Of a stretch of DNA of 62,663 nt, positions 49,681 through 57,639 are shown piece after piece. The stretch is taken from assembly GCA_023145965.1 (NCBI GenBank), contig JAGLDC010000037.1, forward strand, positions 1-62,663, read 5' to 3'. A program made the position numbers and the translations under genes. The stretch is from a bacterium. GTDB lineage: Bacteria; UBP14; UBA6098. Each line of letters opens with the position of its first letter. Position 1 is the first letter of the stretch. The notes below the pieces were generated by a model. It made no database searches. It was not told the origin of the DNA and was given only the letters and a program-made list of their open reading frames with translations.

Positions 49681-50221
49681 TATTTTTCTCCATTTTGAAT
49701 AATTTTTTAGCTAAAAGAGATATTCCCACACCGATAAAAGCACCGTAAATTGCGCCGGCAAATATATCCATCGGCCAATGAACACCAACATATACTCGAC
49801 TGTATGCTACAATAAGCGCAAGGAAATAAAGAGGTGTTGCGGGCCAACCGTAGTGTGTAACTATTACAGAAAACACTCCGAAGCTGGCCGCTGCGTGGAG
49901 GCTTGGCATAGCGTAGCCCGTTCCGCAATCTACAAGTAATCTTCCTAAATCTAGATGGCATGGGCGAGGCTTTGCGATAAGTGGTTTTATGACGTAGTGC
50001 CCCAAAGGATCGATGATAGCATAGCCAACCAGGGCGCTAAGCGCGGTTATTCGACCCTTCTTACGCCCAATAATAGTAATTCCTACGAGAATACCAATAA
50101 TAATCAATATTCCGGTTTCTTGATTTGTGGCAAGAACCATAAAGCGGTCTAAAAAGGGACATACCCATTTGCCGTTCATAAGAGAAAAAAGGGATAAGTC
50201 TATGTTGTAAAAGAAGTTCAT
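49664..50221 (-). CDS. PAP2-family lipid phosphatase
   Basis: KPRPCH (KX6RP), PSLH (PSGH), SRVYVGVHWPMD (SRX5HX3D). Multi-TM protein. Confidence 0.8.
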   Translation of the reverse strand: MNFFYNIDLSLFSLMNGKWVCPFLDRFMVLATNQETGILIIIGILVGITIIGRKKGRITALSALVGYAIIDPLGHYVIKPLIAKPRPCHLDLGRLLVDCGTGYAMPSLHAAASFGVFSVIVTHYGWPATPLYFLALIVAYSRVYVGVHWPMDIFAGAIYGAFIGVGISLLAKKLFKMEKNNAHAT

Positions 50222-51009
50222 GTATATAGAATATATGGTGGATGCGATTTTTTCAATGCTGAAGTTAAAACAGATTTAGCCTTACTCACAGAATCCGGAA
50301 GAGAGAGACCCTCGGCAAGATTAGATGCTATTAATGAAGCGAGTGCGCAACCGGTGCCGCGAAATCTCCCTGCGATACGCTTGGAAGAAAACTCATACAT
50401 GCACTTTCCAAAAAATAAAAAATCGCGCGGCTCGCCGGATGAATGCCCGCCTTTAATCAATACAGCATTCGTAGATTTTGAAATACTCTCTCCAGCGCAT
50501 TTAGCGCTTTCCTCAGATGAAACTTCGACTCCCGAGAGAATAGAGGCCTCTTCCCAATTAGCCGTTACAAGTGTGGTTAAGGGAAAGAGTCGTTTCACTA
50601 AAATCGCAATGCCATTGCGGTCGAGAAGTTCCATACAGGAAGTCGAGTGAAAGACTGGGTCTAAAACAATTGGAACGCCTATGGAAAAACTCTCTAGGGA
50701 ATCGCATAGTGTATCGACTAAGTTACCAGAACCGAGCATCCCAATTTTTATCGACGAAGGTTTTGTCGATGTCGAAAACGCATATTGAAGAGATTCTGCA
50801 AAAACAGCAGGCTTCACAAGATGTGTTTTGCCCGCTGAATCAAATCCTTGGTTGGCAATTGCTGTAATAACAGGCGATACGATATTGCCGGTGGCCGATA
50901 TAGCTCTTATGTCAGCAGAAATCCCTGAACAACCGGTGGGATCGAGGCCAGCTATAACACATATAATTCTTTGTTTCATATATAACATTGTAAAGCAAAC
51001 CAGGGCCAT
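50218..51009 (-). CDS. thiD: Hydroxymethylpyrimidine/phosphomethylpyrimidine kinase (ThiD family)
   Basis: VIAGLDPTGCSGISADIR, IKIGML, LIKGGH, GTGCALASLIASNLAEG. The start could be ATG 50988 or 50979 instead of 51009. Confidence 0.8.
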   Translation of the reverse strand: MALVCFTMLYMKQRIICVIAGLDPTGCSGISADIRAISATGNIVSPVITAIANQGFDSAGKTHLVKPAVFAESLQYAFSTSTKPSSIKIGMLGSGNLVDTLCDSLESFSIGVPIVLDPVFHSTSCMELLDRNGIAILVKRLFPLTTLVTANWEEASILSGVEVSSEESAKCAGESISKSTNAVLIKGGHSSGEPRDFLFFGKCMYEFSSKRIAGRFRGTGCALASLIASNLAEGLSLPDSVSKAKSVLTSALKKSHPPYILYT

Positions 51010-51281
51010 TTCAAGATGTTATTTTTATCTATCGACCAATAATAGCTCAGTTAACATTTGGCCGGTCGGCATAATTTGTTGCATAAGGGACCAGTTTACG
51101 ATGCCATAGTGGAAGCCTATTAGGTATAGCTTATTTTTGGCTATACCTTTAAATTTGCGAGAGTGAATCCTGTGCTGACCGGCCTATAAGTGGTTATCTA
51201 AATTGCACAATTATATTTCCGGCATATTTTATGCTTGAGATAAGTTCGAACCGATGTAAAAATGAGATTTTGGAAGAGGAT

Positions 51282-54200
51282 ATGTCATATATAGGAAAGA
51301 TTTTATTCTTGGTGCTCTCGGTTACTGTGATTTTAGGATATCCGCTAACTTCTGTCGAAACGGCGGATGGTATCGAGTTAACATGGATTGCGCCTAAGCT
51401 CGATACGACGGAGATCGATGGTAGCATGTTGCTTATTCAATGTAAAGGCGCGGATATAAGCGGAGTGCCCGGAAGTCCGGGAATACCTCGATATAGAATT
51501 CCAATAGCTTTACCCACCGGCGACTTATGGTCGTTTGAGCTTATCTCAGAATTATGGGAACCCTTCGGTCGAGCACGCCTTGCTCCTGTTCCCACTTGGC
51601 AAGGATTTCCGGATGGTCCATATTACGAAGATTATATTATCGATACAAAGACTTATTCCGAGAATCACTGGTTCCCATTTGAAAAAGAAGCATTTTCGGA
51701 AACAGGACATATAAGAGGTATAAAAATCGGCCATCTCGAAGTTTATCCTATTAGGTTCAATCCTGTTTCGGAAGAGTTGGAAAGGCTTGTTGACTTTAAA
51801 TGTAAAGTAGCTTATTCAACTTCTTCAGAGATGAATTCTCCTACTTTGCTTGAAAAAACGGTTATAGGTTTTGTTGCTAACCCGCAAAGCGCTTTAACCT
51901 TTATTAAAACCAAACCTAAACGGCGCCCATCGAGGGATTTATTTACTCTAACAGATTCATGGTTTACTTTTCCAATTATAGAGAGCGGTCTTTTTAAGAT
52001 CGACCGCGATTATGTGCTTTCTATGGGTTACAATCCTTCCGAAATAGATCCTTCCGAAATAAGATTGTTCGATGAGGGCTGGATGGAGCTTCCAACGGGC
52101 CAAGAGCCGGAATTGCCATCTCTGGAAGAAATTCCCCTCTATCCGGTTGGCCTCACCGATGGTTCTTTCGATAGTGGCGATGCCCTTTATTTTTACGGTA
52201 GAGGACCTTCTGGCTGGTTTGTCGAGGAGACGCGTTTAAGCCACCATCTTCACAGATTCACAAGCGCCAATTACTATTGGGTCACTATCGGGGGCGATTT
52301 TCCCGAACCGTCTAAGCGTCTCACTAAAGAGGAAATATCAGCTCATGATACAACGTCGTTTGGCAAATTTCTACATTTCGTTGAAAACGATTATGTATAT
52401 GCCAAAACAGGGAATGATATTCAATGGGGTTCGGAGAGGACAACCGAAAAGCATATATCTCTCCTCGATTCTCGTATAGACACAACAAACGGTGTATATG
52501 TTCGCCATAGAGTTGTGCCGGTAGCCGACGAAACAAGGCCTATTGTATATGCCACTGCAAATGGTTATTCACCGGATTCTACATACAGTATTTGGACAGG
52601 TGCCCAGTCGGCCTTTTTTGGTAATGCGTTTTCTAAAAACGCCAATTCCATAGATATTGATTTCTTGGGGACATCCGCCCTTTTTGATTATTACGAGATT
52701 CTATATCAAATTGAACTTGTTGAATACAATGAATCTCTTGAGTTTCTCGGAAGGGACACGGCATCTGCCTATTTGATCGCAGGTTTTGATTCCGAACCTT
52801 TGGTCTTTGATGTCACTGGCCAAAACTCATTAAGGTTGCTTAAACCCTATTTGATGGATGATGGCAAATGGTGCTTTTCCGATTCTCTTGGAAGCCGACA
52901 TTATTTTATTTCGGAAAGATCATCGGCATTGCGGCTCGATTATCCAATATTGAAGGAGTTAGCGGAGCTTCGCGAACGATCTTTTGATAGCGAACTACTT
53001 ATGCTTATTCCCGAGGGTCTCGAGAGTGATATCGACGAATATATCACATACCGAGAATCACGCGGCACAACTGTAGATTGGGTTTTTGTTGAAGATGTTC
53101 TCGAGGAGTTCGGTTTCGGGACGAAAGACCCAACTGCGATACGCGATTTTTTGCGCTATCTTTGGTTATATTCAGACTATCCACCAGAACATATCCTTTT
53201 GGTGGGTGATGCCACATGGGATCCAAGAGGAATAACAAACCCGCCGGAAACATTTTGCCCTGCAGCACTTTGTGTATCGAACGCGCCAGATGACTATTTC
53301 TATGCCGTTACCGAAGGCGACGGCATACCCGATTATTCCGGCGGAAGAATTCCTATCACAACAATAAACGAATGGCGCAATTGGGTTGAAAAACTCATGC
53401 GAACCGAGGGCAATCCAGATTTTGGAACATGGCGAACGCGTTTCGTCTATTGTGCCGATGATGAACGAAAAACAGGTAACTTGCCGGATACGTGGCAACA
53501 TACTACTCAGGTGAGTTCCTATGTTCGCGATATGCCGGCATGGACAGAGCCCAGAACCGTCTATCTTATCGACTATCCCCTAACCTCTTCCGGCCTGAAA
53601 CCGGGCGCCCAAAAAGCATTGCTAGAAAAGTGGAACGATGGTTCGGTTCTTGTCAACTATGTTGGCCACGGGAATTATCGTTTATGGACGCATGAGGAAG
53701 CTTTCGAGGCAACTAGTTGCATAAGTAAACTCGAGAATAAATGGAAATTACCGCTTATGGTCAGTGCCTCATGCGAGGTTGGTTTGTTTTATCGAACTGT
53801 AGGGCAATGTATTGCCGAACAGGTTGTCCTTTTCCCTGAGGCTGGTGCAGTTGCTGCAATCGCTGCAACTCGCATGACACTCTCGCCCAGCAATGGCAGT
53901 CTCAACGCTCGGCTTCTTGATATTTGTTGGGGGCAAAATCAAAAAGCTCAACTTGGCCCAGCGCTTTTTTATGCTAAGGGAGGGGATTCTTGGGCATCGA
54001 CGCGTGGTCAATATGTTCTTTTTGGCGATCCAGCCATGGAAATAGGGGCACCAAAGTTGGATATTGTTATCGACCTAGACAGAGACTCACTTATAGCTGG
54101 AGTAAAAACACATGTTACAGGTGAAGTTCTCTCCGATTCGGCGATTGTTTCCGATTTTAATGGAACTGCCTATATACTCGTTTATGATTCCGGTTACTAT

Positions 54201-55085
54201 AAAAATTACTCTAATTCGCCCTATCTTTCCGGTTCTGTTTCTTACTTTCAAGGCGGAAAACGACTTTTTGTTGGGCCAGTGAGTGTCAGAGGGGGCTTAT
54301 TTGAAGGTGAGTTCGTCGTTCCAATCGATGTCTCCTATGGAACCGAGGGCGGGAAGGTCGTTGTTTATGCTTACGATAATTCCGATGAGGCAGTGGGCTA
54401 TTTTGATGAGATGATTGTCGCTGGCGATACCACATTAGTTATCGAAGACTCTCTAGGCCCCGAAGTTGACCTTTCTTTCGATGGTCATGGTTTCAGCAAC
54501 GATGGGGTTATATGTGATGGAGGGGAACTTATATGCACAGTGTCCGATGAAAATGGTATAAATCTCTCTGGTGCCGCCGGCCATGCATTAACTATGACTT
54601 TGGATGGGAATGAATCTAATGCACTTGATCTGTCTCAATACTTCGAATATAGGCTCGATAGTTATCAGGTCGGAGAGGCGCATATACCGCTGGAAGATCT
54701 TTCCTTTGGGAAGCATACTGTCAGGGTCAAAGCATGGGATAATATAGGCAATTCTGGTGAAGCTGAAATGAGTTTCGAGGTTGCAGATTGTGAAATTATA
54801 ATCTCCAATCCCCTCGCATATCCCAATCCCTTCCGGTCAGATACTGAATTGACCTTCAATATCGGTGTATATGCCGATATTACGATTAATATATATACAC
54901 TCACTGGAAGACCTGTTAGAAAGCTGGAGTCATCTGTTTATCCAGCATTTGCAATGGTCCACTGGGATGGCAAAGACTCGCGTGGCACGCCGGTAGCTAA
55001 TGGTGCTTATTTAGTTAAGATAGAGGCAAGAACGGTCGATGGCTATTCCGACGAAAAGGTGTTTAAAATAGCCAAGCTCCGCTGA
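51282..55085 (+). CDS. porU: Peptidase C25 (gingipain-fold), PorU-like T9SS C-terminal signal peptidase/sortase
   Basis: I prefer ATG 51282 (GAAGAGG SD; MSYIGKILFLVLSV signal peptide). C25 landmarks HILLVGDATWDPRG, DDYFYAV...GGRIPI, catalytic His in VNYVGHGN and Cys in MVSASCEVG. FlgD-Ig/CTD-like tail YPNPFRSDTELTF...WDGKDSRGTPVANGAYLVKIEA. Sits directly upstream of a PorV-like gene, as porU does in Bacteroidota. Confidence 0.75.
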   Translation: MSYIGKILFLVLSVTVILGYPLTSVETADGIELTWIAPKLDTTEIDGSMLLIQCKGADISGVPGSPGIPRYRIPIALPTGDLWSFELISELWEPFGRARLAPVPTWQGFPDGPYYEDYIIDTKTYSENHWFPFEKEAFSETGHIRGIKIGHLEVYPIRFNPVSEELERLVDFKCKVAYSTSSEMNSPTLLEKTVIGFVANPQSALTFIKTKPKRRPSRDLFTLTDSWFTFPIIESGLFKIDRDYVLSMGYNPSEIDPSEIRLFDEGWMELPTGQEPELPSLEEIPLYPVGLTDGSFDSGDALYFYGRGPSGWFVEETRLSHHLHRFTSANYYWVTIGGDFPEPSKRLTKEEISAHDTTSFGKFLHFVENDYVYAKTGNDIQWGSERTTEKHISLLDSRIDTTNGVYVRHRVVPVADETRPIVYATANGYSPDSTYSIWTGAQSAFFGNAFSKNANSIDIDFLGTSALFDYYEILYQIELVEYNESLEFLGRDTASAYLIAGFDSEPLVFDVTGQNSLRLLKPYLMDDGKWCFSDSLGSRHYFISERSSALRLDYPILKELAELRERSFDSELLMLIPEGLESDIDEYITYRESRGTTVDWVFVEDVLEEFGFGTKDPTAIRDFLRYLWLYSDYPPEHILLVGDATWDPRGITNPPETFCPAALCVSNAPDDYFYAVTEGDGIPDYSGGRIPITTINEWRNWVEKLMRTEGNPDFGTWRTRFVYCADDERKTGNLPDTWQHTTQVSSYVRDMPAWTEPRTVYLIDYPLTSSGLKPGAQKALLEKWNDGSVLVNYVGHGNYRLWTHEEAFEATSCISKLENKWKLPLMVSASCEVGLFYRTVGQCIAEQVVLFPEAGAVAAIAATRMTLSPSNGSLNARLLDICWGQNQKAQLGPALFYAKGGDSWASTRGQYVLFGDPAMEIGAPKLDIVIDLDRDSLIAGVKTHVTGEVLSDSAIVSDFNGTAYILVYDSGYYKNYSNSPYLSGSVSYFQGGKRLFVGPVSVRGGLFEGEFVVPIDVSYGTEGGKVVVYAYDNSDEAVGYFDEMIVAGDTTLVIEDSLGPEVDLSFDGHGFSNDGVICDGGELICTVSDENGINLSGAAGHALTMTLDGNESNALDLSQYFEYRLDSYQVGEAHIPLEDLSFGKHTVRVKAWDNIGNSGEAEMSFEVADCEIIISNPLAYPNPFRSDTELTFNIGVYADITINIYTLTGRPVRKLESSVYPAFAMVHWDGKDSRGTPVANGAYLVKIEARTVDGYSDEKVFKIAKLR

Positions 55086-55164
55086 TTATTTTTTTGGCAC
55101 TTATCTTGCGGAAAAGAGATAATTTAATTACTTATTTGCCTATAAGGCAATATGGAGGTTAAGG

Positions 55165-57633
55165 ATGTTCGTTTCAGGAAAAAAGGGATTTTTATCTCTT
55201 ATAATATTTTTATTGTTGCTTTCCGCATTTACAGTTTCAGCCGATAGAACGCGCGGAGGAGTTCTTTTCCTTTTGATAGGCCCCGGCGCTAGAGCCACGG
55301 GGATGGGAGAGGCCTTTGTCGCCATCGCAGACGATCCGACAGCAACATATTGGAATCCCGCCGGTCTTGGTAACTATCCGCTTTCTTCGCAATGGATCGA
55401 CTATGGAATTCCTCCCGGGAATAAAATAATCGCTATTGCTACCGAGAAAACAGGTGTTATCGATATAGATTATCGAACCTACGATGTCTGGGCTGGAACC
55501 GATTCAGGGCTTTTTGTCCATAAAGGCAAAAAATGGGTTGGAGAAGAAAGATACACTACAGCCGAAGAGGAATCGATGATAGATGTGCTGTTCCACTTCA
55601 TTGATGGAACTTCTTTTGATTCGAGTGTGGTATATGATAGGATTATTCCTGCGGTGTTGGCTGCAAACAATATGTCCGAACTTCCAGAGGGCTATCTTCC
55701 CCCTGAAACAAAACTTGTTATTCCTTTCGATGCCCTTGTCGATGGTAAAATAACCGCTCTTTTGGGCGGCAAGAAGGAGCTTTGGGTTGGCACCGATAAT
55801 GGCCTTTATCGAAGGATCAGAGGCCAATGGGAAAAGTTAAACCAAAGTGGTGGTCCCGGAAGTAAGAATGTAACTAAAATCGCGATAGACAGCCGCAGCT
55901 ATCTTTATGTTGGCACTGATGATGGCCTTTATACCCTTACAGGAAGCCGCTGGACTCGTTACACCTCAGGCGATGGCCTTCCGGGTAATAGAGTTCATTC
56001 GATTTTTGCTGGTTCGCACCGCGATATCTGGGTTGGAACTGAAGCTGGCCCAGCGCGTCAAAGCGGAGATAAATGGGAAAACTCCTTCAAGGTCGAGCCT
56101 GCGCTGGATGTAGATTGGCAGGGATTGGTTAAGCAAGTGTTTCCCATCAGCGGGACTAGAAGCATAGAACACGCTGCCTCCGAAATTATTGCTCGCAACG
56201 AACAACTCGACAAACAAAGACCGACCCCCGGTTCTAAGATTGAAATTCCTTATTCAATAGCCTTCGAGTCGCCTGTAACAGCTATTTTCGTTGATAAATA
56301 TAGGAAAATCTGGTTTGGAACAGAACTCGGCCTTAAATGTTGGGATACCCAGAGTCAAAAATGGAGCTTTTATGGATGGACTTCCGAGGAGATAACCGAC
56401 GAGATTTCTATTGAGGATTGGGCGCGAGCCAGATGGTCTAAGGCCTCCGACGATTTGATTAAAGACCTGGTGAAGTCGCTTCGCTATCATAATCGTATTA
56501 ACGGGCAGGTTTTTGAAGCAGGTAACACTATTGAATATCCGAAGAGCCCGATAAGCGGGCATATTACTTCGCTCGAGGGAGCCCCAGATGGCAATCTTCT
56601 GGTAGGAACCGAATTTGGGACTATGGTTTACGATTATAAAAAGGGTCGCTTCGGCTATTACGATCAAGGTGGCCTCAAAAATGAAAAGCTCACGGATATT
56701 ATCCGTCATGGTAATGAGTATTGGTATAACACCGGCGATAACACCTCGATCTATTCAAAAGGCAAACACGGCATTAGTTTCATGCATGTTCAATGGCTTC
56801 CGACGCTTGCACCCGATCTTTATTATGAGTTCCTTGGCGGAACGACATATCTCGAGGGCTGGGGAACGGTGGGTGGAGCGATTACATATATTAACGAAGG
56901 TAAAAACGAGTGGACGGATGAGGATGGAACTGTTCTCGGCACCTTCAGTTCTTACGAACTCGCGGCCTCAGGTGTTTATGGCACTAAGGTTGCTCCGAAT
57001 CTTTCTGCCGGCTTGGCCTTCAAGCTTATCTATTCAGCTTTAGCTAAGGGCGTAACAGTTGGCATGGAACAGGAAGAGGGTGTCGCGACGACATTCGCGG
57101 TCGATGCCGGTCTCCTTTATCAAACGCCGGTCAAAGGCCTATCTCTTGGTATGGCGGTTCAAAATCTCGGGCCGGATATTCACTATATCGATGCTGCACA
57201 AGCTGACCCACTTCCGCGCAACCTCAAGGCTGGCCTCGCATGGAAGATACTTAATACAGACTATAATAGGCTTACACTTGCCGCCGACATCAATAAAGAC
57301 CTCATTAATTGGGGCAATGATCCAGTCGGTAAGGAATTCCACGAAGCGGTAAAAAATCTCGGTGTCGAATATACTTACTCTAACTTTATATCACTACGCG
57401 GCGGTTACATGATAGACTACGATTATATCCCGACCGAATCCTCTGATATTATTCGCAACGAAGATTTTAATTCCGATCATTGGAAGGGGATACACTATTT
57501 TACACTCGGCGCGGGGCTTAATTTTAAGAATTTCGGCTTTGATTTCGGCTATATTCCGTTGCAAGAGGACGACGAAGAGGGCAAACTCGTGCTATCGAAT
57601 ATTCTTCGCTACTCGGTTAATATTGCCTTTTAA
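55165..57633 (+). CDS. PorV/PorQ-family-like OM beta-barrel with ~460-aa inserted beta-propeller-type repeat region
   Basis: GGAGG SD and signal peptide. GARATGMGEAFVAIADDPTATYWNPAGLG barrel-opening motif. Six to seven WxGTxxGL repeats (VWAGTDSGLF, LWVGTDNGLY, LYVGTDDGLY, IWVGTEAGPA, IWFGTELGLK, LLVGTEFGTM). The C-terminal ~290 aa are amphipathic beta strands ending in NIAF. Confidence 0.7.
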   Translation: MFVSGKKGFLSLIIFLLLLSAFTVSADRTRGGVLFLLIGPGARATGMGEAFVAIADDPTATYWNPAGLGNYPLSSQWIDYGIPPGNKIIAIATEKTGVIDIDYRTYDVWAGTDSGLFVHKGKKWVGEERYTTAEEESMIDVLFHFIDGTSFDSSVVYDRIIPAVLAANNMSELPEGYLPPETKLVIPFDALVDGKITALLGGKKELWVGTDNGLYRRIRGQWEKLNQSGGPGSKNVTKIAIDSRSYLYVGTDDGLYTLTGSRWTRYTSGDGLPGNRVHSIFAGSHRDIWVGTEAGPARQSGDKWENSFKVEPALDVDWQGLVKQVFPISGTRSIEHAASEIIARNEQLDKQRPTPGSKIEIPYSIAFESPVTAIFVDKYRKIWFGTELGLKCWDTQSQKWSFYGWTSEEITDEISIEDWARARWSKASDDLIKDLVKSLRYHNRINGQVFEAGNTIEYPKSPISGHITSLEGAPDGNLLVGTEFGTMVYDYKKGRFGYYDQGGLKNEKLTDIIRHGNEYWYNTGDNTSIYSKGKHGISFMHVQWLPTLAPDLYYEFLGGTTYLEGWGTVGGAITYINEGKNEWTDEDGTVLGTFSSYELAASGVYGTKVAPNLSAGLAFKLIYSALAKGVTVGMEQEEGVATTFAVDAGLLYQTPVKGLSLGMAVQNLGPDIHYIDAAQADPLPRNLKAGLAWKILNTDYNRLTLAADINKDLINWGNDPVGKEFHEAVKNLGVEYTYSNFISLRGGYMIDYDYIPTESSDIIRNEDFNSDHWKGIHYFTLGAGLNFKNFGFDFGYIPLQEDDEEGKLVLSNILRYSVNIAF

Positions 57634-57639
57634 TTTAAT

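Noticed and set aside
51010-51230. TPP (THI-box) riboswitch expected upstream of thiD on the minus strand.
   Set aside because: I reverse-complemented the region. The conserved CUGAGA...ACCUGAUCUGGAUAAUGCCAGCG core is not present in either orientation. The structured element here is reported separately with no class assigned.
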